Below, in pieces: positions 41,621 to 55,122 of a stretch of DNA of 64,000 bases (positions are counted from its first letter, which is position 1; each line of letters opens with the position of its first letter). The stretch lies in NCBI RefSeq assembly GCF_000150275.1, contig NW_002060952.1, positions 2,165,128 to 2,229,127 of the forward strand, written 5' to 3'. The notes below the pieces were generated by a model, which was not told the origin of the DNA, did not search any database, and saw only the letters and a program-made list of their open reading frames with translations. Both the position numbers and the translations under genes were made by a program. The DNA comes from Trichoplax adhaerens. Its lineage: Eukaryota > Animalia > Placozoa.

Positions 41621-44084
41621 TATATCTTCAATCTGCAAGGTATTCTAGAATAGAAATAGATGGATAGACGCAAGTGGATGATTTCAACTTTTGATGCCTA
41701 GATTATTGTTTATTTTACACTATTTATGCATTATCTACACAGCTTATGGCAAGGATGGCATGAATTATGTTCAATTAGTATGATCGAAGATTGCATAGCA
41801 TCTCAGTCTGATTATATAGTATGTACTTGCTATCATCAAGATCCAGTATTGGGATCATTGGTATGCATAATCATCGACAGACTGGATGAATGAATCCCTG
41901 CAGGGATTCTTCTTAGTTGATGCACTCACGGCATAGTTCAATCAAATCTCCATTCAAAGAGTAATATACTGTAGGAAACAGTATAGTCTTGTTAGTAGTA
42001 TTAAGCTAGTAAATAATGTCTTGGATAGAGTAAAATTAGGATCCATTATTAGATCCGTTTGTCATTTACCCCCTACTGACATCAACATCCATATTTTATT
42101 GAAGATTGAATCAGCGACTTCGTACCTGTGCTGTACTATATACTATGCACAGCACTTGTGAAACAGTACCGATTAACGATGTTTGCATCATTTTCGACTC
42201 TAATGATCAAAGATTGAGAATGAATGTATCGTGTTCGATGTAGGGAATTAGAGAAGTTCACTATATTATATCATCAACTTGAAAATGGAACTAATGGTCA
42301 TTGTATATCATAAAATCATCCATGCGATTCTACCCTTCGGCTCTATGTGAATTTGGTATCGTCTAGCTGATAGTGAACGCTATTCGTCTGTATCTTGATC
42401 ACATTCGTAGTGCTGCATTAAGCTTACTGTCGATGATCTCAGCCTAAAACGAGCAGTATTTTGCCACTTTCTTCTCATCCAATCCGAAATCCAAAGTCAA
42501 TACCAGGTAAATAGCTAGGGGTCAACCGCAGACTTCTAAGAGAAGTTCAAGAGAAATCATAGTGTCGTAGAGCTTGATTAGATACTACTCTCAAAACAAG
42601 CACAGCTTGACTTTGATACTATTGAAAACTGCAAATAAGGTCAAACCTGTTCAGGAAGCCCAATTATGCTGGTGTATATTTAATAAATGCATTCGGCCAA
42701 TAAGATAAAGTTTCAATAAAAAATCGCAGTAAGCGGCATTGCAGTAGGTATACGATCATATGACGTAGGCAATCTGTACTATAGAATCCGCTCCATAGAA
42801 TACTGTACTTTGATATCCTATAAACCAATGTAAACAGTACATTGTAGAGACTATCAAGTATCAAGTAATCCAGTATCCATCTTAACTATAGCTGTTAATG
42901 CAAAATTCATGCTATTCCAGAAATAGGTTGAGAAACGAGATTTGCCTCTATAGATCTGTAGACACGGACTACTCAATGTATCTGATAGTCCATGTCTGTA
43001 AAAACCATCATTATGGTTAACGTTATGAAATGAAGCAAGTTAACGGCATACTATAAAAAAGAAGCATGTTATCAATTGCAGTTATGACATTCTACTATAG
43101 TAAGAATGCTTTCGTAGACATAGAACAGAAAACATGGGAATTTTCTCAATTTGGTGTACGGTGTTATAGTGAGTAGGCATATTCTTGCTCAGTTACACAT
43201 TATACAAATAGACCGTAGATGAAAGTGATTCAATATATCAGTAAATATACAGTAGCAATCTACTTTTTATTCAAGCAACAATAATAAAAATATAATTTTA
43301 CTACTTACCCCTATGATGAGTTACATAAAGGTAATCATAAACTTCTCATAGCAGTCACAGTGATACATGTTTTATTACTTAATCGTTAAAACCGATATGT
43401 ACCTATCAGTAATTGTATATCTATAGTAAAATATACCAAGGTAATCGGTTACCTTTATGATAGAAGGAGGCTAAACAAGATATCAATAAATCTACTAATA
43501 GGACAGAGATTTATTTGCCATAGAAAATAAAAGACACGTATGGCATCGAGATATCGAAACTTATAGTTTAAAGGGTATACCTATTTCTTACGTGCTAAGT
43601 ATAACCGATCTCAAATTCGATAGGAATTGAAAACATTACGTTAAAGTTAGATTACGACATTAAGATGTCCGGTACATTGTACAATAATAGAAAGTAATTA
43701 GTATAACGTAGTATATTTTGACCGATAAAAGTTGAAGATAATTCAACGCTACTTCTGACTGATAATGTTTAAGGAACTATTCACAATTCTCACTTTGCTT
43801 TAGAATAGTTATATGTTATATTGTATACGCCTGTTCATATAAACACACAATGTACTCAAATAAAATTTGATTATGGTATAGAGAAACAAGCATTCGGGCC
43901 ATCTGCAACTTGGATTAAAATTCTTGAAGATATGAATAATTTAAATATAAAATCAGGTATCACATTTAAGATTGTTCATATAATCAATGGCTGTAACTTT
44001 CTATCGCGCGTTGCTATCGTATAATCATTCAGGTATTAACAAATACCATTACATAGATCATAGAATCCAGTATATAATGTTTTC

Positions 44085-47000
44085 TTAATTCATAAAAAAT
44101 TGTGCAATGCAATTCGCAAGGCCAAATACTATAACGTATGTATACGATAGAACGTTGATAACAGTTAAACGATTTTCTTTCTTCCGTATTGCAAATTGTA
44201 CAGCGCAGGGTAAAAATAAACAATAAAATAAGCCACCAAATGCGCCAACATACCTATGTGGAAATAAAATAGAACATTATCATCTCTTCCTGCCTATTCA
44301 TAACGAGCAACAAGTTATGTTTTCTTAGGGGTGAATGTACGGTGTATAATGAGATTTTACAAATCATAAGGATTAAAAAGTGTAAAATGCATTCTAAATA
44401 GTAGTATTATATTGCATAGTGAAATTATGCTAACCTTACTATAGTTCCAACATTAGGAAAAAACATCGCACCAAGAACGCATACCGTGGTTAACAAAATA
44501 TTAAATACAAGAACGTGTTTCCAACTAAAAATTGAATAAGTAATCATTAAGTTCATTCCCTTACTGGAAAAGATAAAATATATAAATTAATACAATAGTA
44601 CAGAATATCACCTTGGATATTTCTCTCCATAGAGAGTACTCATTATTTTAATGCGAGCAGCAAATGCTATAATTGGGCACGTAACGATATTCTGGATCAA
44701 TAAAGTTAATCTACCAAGAAACGACATTATATCATCGGGTCCAAAATTATCCAGGAAAACCTATAACAATTTCAATGTAATACTTAAATCTCCCAACTAA
44801 ACGCCATTCTGATTTACAATAAATTGTAAAGCTACCAAAACATTGAACAAATTCGTTACACTTACAGACTGAATACACTGTGCAGATAACGGAAATTTAA
44901 TGATAAATAACATTCCGACCAGTAGGTACGTCACACAGCTACATCCATACGCGATTGTCAGATCTCTAACCTATTATCAAAATCATAATTTGCAAAGGTT
45001 AATCACGAATGTGGCTATTTCGGTAATTTCAGTTCGTAAACTCGTAATTGAGATACTACTATTTACAGTATTTTGGGGATTACGATTGCACTGAGTTACG
45101 GGCAAGAGGTTGGCATGAATAGAAAACGCTGTAGAAACAACACCCGTCACGATCGGAAAAGTTGGTAAGGCTACTAAAAATAAAAATAATAGGCTACAGT
45201 TAGTATCAGAGCGCAATACAGTTGTCGCAAAAATAACAATAACTAATTCATACAAGTAATATATTCATTGCATCCAGTATTGACTACATTCTGAGTTTAC
45301 ATTATAAATACACTAATAGTAGATTTTCAATTATTGATATAATTTAAATAGTAGAGGTCAGTAATACGAGAAAATAATGTCGGAAAATTAAATAAACATC
45401 TGTAACCTACATTCGAAATTCGCGTCAACAGTTGATGTCCAGAAACTGCTCTTGATAATAACGAAAATTACCATATAGATAGATGATAGTATACCTACGA
45501 ATCATCAAATTACAGAAACATTGTTATTGTAAAGTATTTATCGTAAGTAATGATCATTAAATATCCTCTTTTAAGGGGGCTGACTATTACAACCTCTTAT
45601 AAACTTGATGCAGATTAATTGATATTTTACAATATAATAAAAATCGTTCTATAACTTATTTTAAGATAATCAATAATGACTAATAGCTAAAAGTATGTAT
45701 TAATTGCTTGCTAACTTAATTCTTAAAGTTATCTATGTGAAATTGTAGATCGAACAGCTATCGATTACGTATTGCATAAAATTAACAGCTGATATGAAAT
45801 GAATAAATCTAAATCTAAACGTGCACTCTGTATTACTTAGTACGCAGTTTGTCCTTTAGCCTTAGCTATGCATCGAATACTGTCTTATAATTTGCAATCA
45901 AATAGCAAATAGTTAAACTTCTTACCTATCGAACTTAATTTATTGAAAATTACGGGCGATGGAAGATTCAATATCGGAAATAGAATTAATATTAAATATA
46001 ATGGAACGGTCTGTGTTTGATTCCAATATTGATTAAATAACAGATCGTCATCAGTTTCTGTCCAATTACTCCCAAAATTGCTACTATTGACAGTCCCAAC
46101 CGCAGGACATACAACTTCTGTTGTTTTATTAAATTAAAAGAGTCCAATCATTATTTAGGTTGCAATTATAACTATTTTACATTAACTGTGGCTTATCAAT
46201 TTTTATGTTGCATTGTAAGAATATTATACATTGCATAAATAAATTATAATATATAAGACTGCTTACTCCACGGTATCATAGACAGCGCATTAAGCAACCT
46301 GTATTTACTTTAAAATTTACAAAAGCTATACGATTATAAATTATATTTCCAATAAATATGAAAATATACTTACCATTCATGTTGATAGAATTGCTAGAAT
46401 TGCCATGGATATTTCTAATTATTCGATCTTAGTCAGGAAATAATAATTATTGTTATTATTATTATTTATTTATTTTATATTAATTTATATTATACTATGG
46501 AGTTTGAAATAATCTAAATGCATTAAGGTATATTTTTACGATACATAACTACCCAAATGTGCTAGTACAAAACTGTAAAGAGGACACGAGCTCTATAAAT
46601 TCCATACAATCTTATGTGAAATAATTGTTTGATTAACGTAGAGGATAAAATACACTGCCGAAGTGACAGTTTTACAGCTATTGATGTTAACCTTTACGGG
46701 CAATATCAATACTAATGCTACGTAAAGTTACTGGTAAAAGCAGCGAACCTCGTATAAAGTATACCGTTGTATACAAAAAATTACTAGCCAAAATCCAATA
46801 TATGAGACAGACACCAATTAAAACAATTGAAATGATTATACAACTGATTTTTTCACCGGTAGAACCAAGGAAATATCTTATAACATCATTGAAGTCTTTG
46901 TATCCATCCTTGCTCTCTGTGTTATTAAATTCAACAATGTAAATTTGAATTGAGATCAAAAGTATTTTCTACTATACAGAATGATAGAATAAAGTACCGT

Positions 47001-49574
47001 CGGATCATCAAGTTCAATCAAAATTAGTACATAGTTTTAAATTACGTTGAAGAACACAGACTAAAAGATCGCTCTTCAAGTGATAACACCAAGGGATAAA
47101 TCTTTTATAAATAATTGATTACACCACTGAATCACAATCGATCTTTTAATGGTATTCAATATCACTTTTACTATTTGCTAATTAGGCTTCAAAATTGCTA
47201 ATACATTCGTATATGATAACGTGAAAGAAAGAAGTCCATTGCTCATATAGTAATGCTAACCGAAATGTCGCGCGCCTTCAACTACCAAATAGCAAGAGTA
47301 GAGAAGGGTAAGATTGACCAATACTATCAATAATGGACCTAAAATTAAACCAGCCTGAATAAAGAAAGAAATGGCGTCTTCATCATTTACGTTTATCAAC
47401 ACAATAATTATAATTTATAGTAAACGACTATAGTAGAAAATAGCTACTATACAAGCTTCAAGGTATACAAGTGCCATAAATTATACTTTGACAATTTATA
47501 CTGAAGTAAATGCTAGTAACAATGCTATCAGTGGAATGTATCTCATCAACATATTATCTGTTATACTGTATCATGAAACCAACAACTGTAAAAATTGACC
47601 TGCGTAAGCTTCTCGAATTTCTTAATAACATTTAATTTAATTCAGTATAACAAATTGTTCACTAAAAATTATACTTATCCATTGACAGAGTATAATCATC
47701 CATGATAACAAGCGCAAGAAATACCTTTCCAATAGCCCAAGGTATAGATAGGAGAGATGTCCCTAAAGTTAGGTTCCAAATTGTGAATCTAAATTACATG
47801 AGTGGAAGACTGAATATTAATTAAGAGTGAAGTAAGTATACTATTTAAGTGAATCTAGGAGCTGATTATTGCTATAGATATTATTGGCGCTATATTAACT
47901 ACCGTGATTGTGGTTACTGTAGTGCCTACAGGAAAGAAGTATTGTTGAAGCCAAGCGAGTTATACGTATCATTAAAGGCCTTTGAATTGTGTAGTACGAA
48001 AGTTTATTACAGAAGTTATTAATCTACTCCCAAGTGATCTGCATCACTTTTGAGTATATGATTCAAGTGCGTCCTCTTTTCAAGATGCTAACAACATACT
48101 CGTATAGTACAAGAATGAAATACAAGCCATCGTCTGACATTAAGATAGTATCTTCCTAGTAATAAAGATTATTTTCAAGTTTTCAAGTCATTGAAAATAA
48201 TGTTGATAACTGTACGTACTCAGAGCTAGATCGACTCGTATAACGTTATATTTGTTAGTATCATAAAAGGTCCTGCAACATTACTCTGCGACTATTTGTT
48301 GCTGAATTCATTTTATTCAAGAGTATCGATCCAATACGGCATACGTGTTCCTATTATTTGCCGCGATACTATCGGGTTTCTAATCGATCTAGATCAGATA
48401 GTACTGTACGACTGATTATTGCTGAATTTCATTGACTCCAGATTATCGATCCATGCCTGTACATGTATCCATACTATTTTCCATGATCAAATTACTTGAT
48501 GATACCAACAACATCGGCTGGAGTACAATAATGAAATGCATGCTATGCTAAGCATCGATTCTCTCATCCAGCAAAGATTTGCATACCCATGTCAGGAAGG
48601 AGTGCTAGTTGAAAGAGAGGAACGTCCAATGGCTGTTCAATGCCCCAAAATGGCAAGGCTTGTCATTTTGGGGGTCATTCTACTCTACTCTATTACCAGA
48701 ATTTTACACCGCACTGTACAAAACCAATCTGGCAATTTATGTGGATAAGAATTGTGGAGAGCTGAAATGGCCAGTAAAAATAGTCGGTCTGGCCATTTCA
48801 GTAGACTGAGCTAGGGACCAGTAAAACAGTAGTCCCTGAAGTGAACGATCATTTCCGTGATGAGTTATTTTTATGGTTCAAGTATGAATATGAACTTTTG
48901 CAAAGGGAAAATTTTCACAATTGTACCTATTGATAGCTAGCTTGATATTGTCATCATGACTGATCAATGGATGATAGACGTTGTAAAGTTGATGACGGAA
49001 GGAGGGAAATATTGGTGGTGTAGTCGCTGACTCGACACGAGTTTTTGGGTTTTACTCCATTAGAGTATCTCTTGTACAACATACTATAAAATTGTCTTTT
49101 CATCCCATCTGAATGATACGGTCAAGGGATAACAATCATACTAATAGTATTGTTGATGTTCTCCTTGGCATGGACTCATCCTATTACTGTACATACATGG
49201 TGACCAAGCTACTCTGTTTGCCATCCTTTCCTTTCTTAGCAGGAACTTGATTTGCTTGAAATTCTTTCAGGTGACCGTCAGCCATTGTATCCTTGATCTG
49301 CAAAGTATTTTAGAATAGAAATACGCGTGGATCGATTAGAATTTTGAGTCGATGATTGCTCGATTAATCTCTTCGTCGTCATACAGTATTGTAGCCATAT
49401 GGATCACTGCCTTGCATGATATCATCCACTTGGAAATGCAATTGATCGTCCTTTGCCTATCATGAAATCATCAATATACAACCTTACCGTTCGGCTCCCT
49501 GTGCTTTTGCTGTCTTCCGGTAGACCGTCAACGCCATTTTCCTCTAACTTGATCTCAATCATTTTGCTCGCCAT
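44085..49574 (-). CDS. SLC38A9: SLC38A9-like transporter, tandem copy 3
   Basis: Exon 1 MASKMIEIKLEENGVDGLPEDSKSTGSRT (49488-49574) splices in frame to IKDTMADGHLKEFQANQVPAKKGKDGKQSSLVTI, then FTIWNLTLGTSLLSIPW ... NCIAQFFMN*. Confidence 0.9.
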
Positions 49575-49632
49575 CTCATCTCGCTCGCTCGGCTTGCGTG
49601 GCTTTCCCTATCGACTGGTGGCCCTGCTGGCA

Positions 49633-49965
49633 ATATTCTCTCATACGATGTCGTCTACAGTATATCGATCCACAAGTCCAACATGGGTAACCGGACTGAG
49701 GGCCCATTACGGTCACCAGGGTGGGCCTTGTATGGACTTGTACGATGTCGCCTATTTCTACCCATGGGTAACGGAATGAGGGCCCACTACGGTCACCAAT
49801 GTGGGCCTTGTATGACATGTACTAGTACATGGACTTGTAGAAATATTCTCATACGATGTCGTCTATTTCTACCCATGGGTAACCGGAATGAGGGCCCACT
49901 ATGGTCACCAGTGTGGGCCTTGTATGACATACGTCATGGACTTGTAGAAAAATTCTCATAGGATG
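49633..49965. repeat. GC-rich imperfect tandem repeat (3 units) with an internal inverted repeat, immediately upstream of SLC38A9 copy 3
   Basis: The core 'catgggtaaccgga.tgagggccca.ta.ggtcacca..gtgggccttgtatg' occurs at ~49682, ~49763 and ~49874. Confidence 0.85.
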
Positions 49966-50142
49966 CTATTTCGCCTACTGGGCTAAGCCATGGGCATCGA
50001 GAACTGCTCTAAAATTAATTGTTCTATACTATGTCGTCTATTCCCACAAGTCCATTGCCTGTCGGGCCCGGTATGGGGGGATCAACCGGTACCAGGACTG
50101 TAATGAGAACATGGAAATGATCAAGAGACCCTCTATGATAGA

Positions 50143-50860
50143 GGGTCTGTAGTCCTGTCCATCTGTAGACCACCATCCTGGTCCTGTTGTGAAATGATGC
50201 CATCAACAATATACCATAGAAAAGTATAGTATCCACTACAGTCATGATTACAACAGCCAGAATGTCTTCCTTGATCTATAATTAGCTCCCAAAGTACAGA
50301 AAACATGGAGATTTTTCAATGGGGTTAAAGCGTTGCAATGAGTAGACTAGAACGGAAAGCAGCGCCTAACAGCTTTCAATGGGTCTCTAGTCCTGTCCAT
50401 CTGTAGACCGCCATCCTGGTCCTGTTGTGAAATGATGCCATCAACAATATACCATAGAAAAGTATAGTATCCACTACAGTCATGATTACAACAGCCAGAA
50501 TGTCTTCCTTGATCTATAATTAGCTCCCAAAGTACAGAAAACATGGAGATTTTTCAATGGGGTTAAAGCGTTGCAATGAGTAAACTAGAACGGAAAGCAG
50601 CGCCTAACAACTTTCAATGGGTCTCTAGTCCTGTCCATCTGTAGACCGCCATCCTGGTTCTATTCTGAAATGATGCCATCAACAATATACCATAGAAAAG
50701 TATAGTATCCACTACAGTCATGATTACAACAGCAAGAATGTCTTCCTTGATCTACTGTACAATAAGCTCCCAAAGTACAGAAAACGTGAAGATTTTTTCA
50801 ATGGGTTAAAGCGTTGCAATGAGTAGACTAAAACGGAAAGCAGCGCCTAACAGCTTTCAA
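50143..50860. repeat. 238-bp tandem repeat, 3 near-identical copies
   Basis: Units start 'gggtct.tagtcctgtccatctgtagac' at 50143, 50381 and 50619. Confidence 0.95.
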
Positions 50861-52091
50861 CCAAGGAAAGACGGACGGAAAGGACCGGGCTTGAGCAAAA
50901 AGGAGAGGGCCCATTCTCTTACTGGTCATTTGACTAGACCAGCTCACTGCAATCGTACACTGTACTGTCAAAAGTGACCTCACTTGGCTGCTTACGAGCG
51001 CTCACTTAACAGTACAGTGTGCGCTTTTAGAGTTAGAGTAGAGTTGAAATGACTGTCCACTTGTACACTTAATGGACAGTACAGTAGACTAGGAATTGGC
51101 TACCTGGGTAGTTTAGCCAATCCACGGGCGTTTCTCGTCCAGGCCAACGTGGAGAGGAGTGGAAAAGCATACTAGCTCAATATCCATCCCCAATGATTGA
51201 TCATTCTTGACTCTAATTTGCAATATTGAACCTTCTATCTCTGCAATTTCTTTCCAAACAAGTAGTATACAAGGCAATAGGCAGAATTGATGGCTTCCTT
51301 GGGTAATCTAAGCCACAAGTAAGAGATTGTAAAAGCATGCTATCAATAGATCGATTGTAGCAGCGTGTAACGAGTCGCGATTGGCATTTTGCAATCATGC
51401 TCAAGCATCATCAATTTAATTCCATCGTCAACGCTAGATAGGCATCCAACTCACTGTATTCCGTAGAAAAGATTTTTATTCCATCTCATAATGGATTAGA
51501 CTGCTGTACATTTGCTCGATAAACGGCCAATAGGCAATACGCTTCTACCTGTCAATCATGCACTATGAATATGCAACATAGTGTGCGAGCTTCATAGACA
51601 GCTGAACTTGATTCCTTTCCAATCGATGTCGTTTGAAGATCGGTGCTAAGAATACATACTGATGTGTTTAGACTTTACAGATATACACAGGACAAAGAAA
51701 AAAGGTTACTCTAAACTAGTAACAACTAATTGAAAAGCCTCTACTATGGGCACTCTCTATAGTCGAGACTGCACTTACCTGGCTGAGCAACTTCAAGTTG
51801 ATTCTTGACACATAGACCTGCAACTACGGGATAGCATTTTTTGTTTCACTCGAATGTTCTCCCCATCAACGCAACGTCAAAGTTACTAGCTCTAAATGAA
51901 CAACTAGCTGAGATGTAGAATCCTATGCTATGTTGCACTCTCCATAGCTGTCATGTACAATTCATCTCTTGATCATTCATCATCGATCGCCATTGATACA
52001 CAATCGTAGACTATACTGCAACTTTTGAATCAAACATTTCTTCTATACTTTCTGACTTATTCGTGTAACATGTATAATTTGTTCCTGCTAG

Positions 52092-52843
52092 GATATGGCA
52101 TCAATCAGTTACAAATGTGTTACATCGCTATCCTTTTATTATACCTGCAATCAATTCGGTAAGTCTATTCTACATCAATAAGAGCTCTTACTTTGTCAGA
52201 ATTATGTACAACACAGCGTATTCGATGATTATCTTTGCAAACCTATTTACTATGGATAGGCTATCACTTCGGCTGTATCTCCTTGCTGTCAATTAAAAAG
52301 ATCATATTGTAGGTAAGGTATCTTTCTGCTTAAAATTGTTCCAAGTAGTCATTGCTGTCATCTATCGTAGCCATCATGGATTGGATGAAAACCTTCACCT
52401 GCCAAAAAATAGAAATAATACTACTCTCGATAGCAGTTTACATAGGATAATGCCCATGAAATCGATTGATATAATACACTTTGGACTAATGAACACAAAT
52501 ATTGCCCCGAACATCACGCTGAACGATTTCTTGACTTCATTTTTTTTGTAGTAATACCAAACTTGTAAATAAAATCAACCACCGTATTTATCCTCGTATG
52601 TATAAAGGAATCATTGTCAACAGTGATGGTTCAACGATTCGAAGTAGACTAGTCAAGCCCTTTCATGTAGTTCAACTTCCTTTAGATCTCAATCAATTAA
52701 GCGAGAAAGAACGACTGCAACGACTTAAAAAGTTTCAAGATCAGAAAGAAATTATATACGAAGACATACTAAGTGGCGAAGAATTTGACCATGAAGCTGT
52801 CACCAAGTTGATTACTAAAAATACACGTAAAAGCAAAAAGTAA
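52092..52843 (+). CDS. MRPL55: Mitochondrial ribosomal protein bL31m / MRPL55 (5' end uncertain)
   Basis: The main exon 52552-52843 encodes NTKLVNKINHRIYPRMYKGIIVNSDGSTIRSRLVKPFHVVQLPLDLNQLSEKERLQRL, matching the MRPL55 signature (Y.R.Y...V..DGSTI....P......P.DL..LS.EER..RL). Phase-compatible small exons lie at 52260-52312 and 52092-52158. The initiator exon was not identified. Confidence 0.8.
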
Positions 52844-54129
52844 AGAAGAAATTGAGCATAGGTAAAAGTCGTTCAACATCACCTAATCTTGTCACAAAAG
52901 TAGCACAACTTGATTCAATGAGCGACAACGGTAGTATGAGACATCGACTTGTAAATTGTCGTATATCGTATGTGTGATTCGATGCTCATCTTCTTATAAT
53001 GTCCTAGACTGACTGAATTTCTCTGTCATTTTAGGGGCGAGATCTTGCTACTAGTCTGGCTTAAGCTGATTATTCTTATTAATACCTATTGAATCTCTTT
53101 GCATAAGAAATTAATTGATATCTGTTGCTTTTAATGGAATAAGAAAAGATATAAATTCACTTTTAAGAAAAATAACTCTAATCTTATGAAGAGTTCGTTA
53201 CCATCAAAGGTACAATGTACCTGATACATGCAATCGATAAATAAAGTTCATCTATAAAAGCATTATTATTAAACCATGACTGCTTGGATCCAATAAAAAT
53301 CATCTTGCGGGTTCACAAGAATGTTCTCTTTAATACTTGATTTGTCTGGCTTCAGCCAGACAAATCAAAAATTTGAAGGAAATGGTAAGCGATGGCTATT
53401 ATGGGTTAGCGAATGAAGACAAAATGATCAAGAATTGATTTTGAGTAATAAGTTGGCCTATCCAAAAATGGCAGCACCTATTGACTGTCTAACCCTATAG
53501 AGTATAGCGATACCGACAGTTTACTACTAATGCTTTGCTTCAAGAAAGCGTACAGTTCTTCCTAATAAAATTCACGATTACTATAGAAAACGATAAATTA
53601 CCCTGATTCTAATTGACGGTAGAGATAGATAATGTTGACAAGTACAGTAGTGAGTGATTTATACTTTGCGTATGTTGTAAGAGTTTCCTTTTATTGCTAC
53701 CTTAATATTCCCGTGTAACTTTGAAATCAGCAATGAAAAAAGGTCGCTGAAGAACCTTAAGCAGCAAATATGGCTAGAAAATGATGCCTTCTATAGTTAT
53801 TTAGCTGTATATTGAAATAGGATGGAACGATCTACTAAATCATGGTTCATATTCGCCTTCAAGTCTACAAGATATTTGATAGTTTTAGGTCTGTGTTGCG
53901 AGGCAATAAAGGATTTTTACGACTTACGGTATAATTAAGTACTGGTAAACTACCCACTTGATAGGATGGAGGGTATCCGATCGCAAGAAATACTAGGGAC
54001 TACTCAAGAGAAGAGAAGTTCGGTAGTCCCTGGAATACGTACAGTATATTTGAAATCAATATTATAGCAAGAGAATTAATTGCCCTCTAGCATGTGATGA
54101 TTTTTTGGAGATCCATTTGAATATCTGTA

Positions 54130-54660
54130 AAGCAACTTCGTACAGTATTGTGATTGTAGACTACTGTATTAGCCATCTTTACTATGATATACGGTAGTGT
54201 CGTTTCTATATGTATCTTATGATATATTTAGTAGCCTACAATTATACACTGCACTGGTAGACTCTATACTAGAATACAAATGATTATGCACAGAAAGATG
54301 TTGAGCTACTAATCAGTTTTGAGGTAAAAATAGAACTATAAATCATATATTAGGATATGGTTAGTCATTGCACTTTGAGTGCTAGGAATAATGCCTGCGC
54401 AAATACTGTAATCGTTTCCAATTTGGATTAATTATGGTCCGATGTAAAATAAGGTAAAATGTTATTATGCAGATTGTAACTGCGAAGGCTACGGAGAGTA
54501 TAAAAGCAGGCGACATTAGATTATCTGATTGTTCTTTCTAGAAATCTTTCAGGTATTCGGCTAGAGTCGAGTGTGTGTGTAGCTAATCTTTGTATTAGAT
54601 CTAATAAAGTTGTCATTTCTACCAATTTAAATTTTCGTGATCGGATTTTATCACGATATC
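54130..54660. repeat. Dispersed repeat homologous to 34116-34668
   Basis: Colinear shared segments, e.g. 'aaatcatatattaggatatggtta.tcattg.actttg' and 'ggattaat.atggtccg'. Confidence 0.75.
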
Positions 54661-55122
54661 TTACAACGTCAAATGCGCTAAGGTTATGGTACAAATCGAT
54701 CATTAAAGTAGAGCATCGCCATAATCTATTATATATTTATTATTATTGCCGTACAGAAATTAATTCATTCTATGCCAATCTAGTACAGTCTTGAAGAAAT
54801 GATATGGACAAGAATTTTCATTTCTTGACAACTTACAAGAATAGCCTATTTTAGACGCAATATTGCGATATCATAACTATTCATCCATAATTACTAATAC
54901 CACTACTTAAAGCCAACACACGATATACTGTAATAGCAGAATCGAAATGACAATGCGCTAACTGATTCTAAATTACGGCTAAGCTTAGAAGAAGATCGAT
55001 TCGGCACTGTTTATTTAATATTTAAGAAGAAAGAATCGTATGCAATGCTCTACTAAGCTTTCCAATCTGGCTAGATTATCCTTGAGAAAAGGCTCCCAGA
55101 TGTCCTAATATCAGTCGTGAAT

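Larger units (their letters stand above)
26813..50345. repeat. Tandem segmental triplication (units ~8.0, ~8.4 and ~7.1 kb), each carrying an SLC38A9-like gene
   Basis: Homologous unit starts ('tacaa.t.g.c.gta..tgaaagtgat') at ~26813, ~34833 and ~43201. Introns and flanks can be aligned between units. Confidence 0.9.

Noticed and set aside
30235-46942. Three similar + strand ORFs (30235-30534, 38705-38950, 46715-46942)
   Set aside because: They are antisense shadows of the same SLC38A9 exon in each duplicate.
49633-49965. Possible CRISPR array or hammerhead ribozyme in the hairpin repeats
   Set aside because: The context is eukaryotic, the inter-repeat sequences are related rather than unique spacers, there are no cas genes, and there is no CUGANGA/GAAA core in the correct arrangement.
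49453-50544. Several ORFs of 65-108 aa
   Set aside because: They arise from GC-rich tandem repeats or run antisense to SLC38A9 exon 1.
51200-51900. Minus-strand exon-like pieces upstream of MRPL55, with faint ABC-transporter resemblance (VDGENIR...QE)
   Set aside because: The pieces are short and interrupted by stops, with no further motifs.
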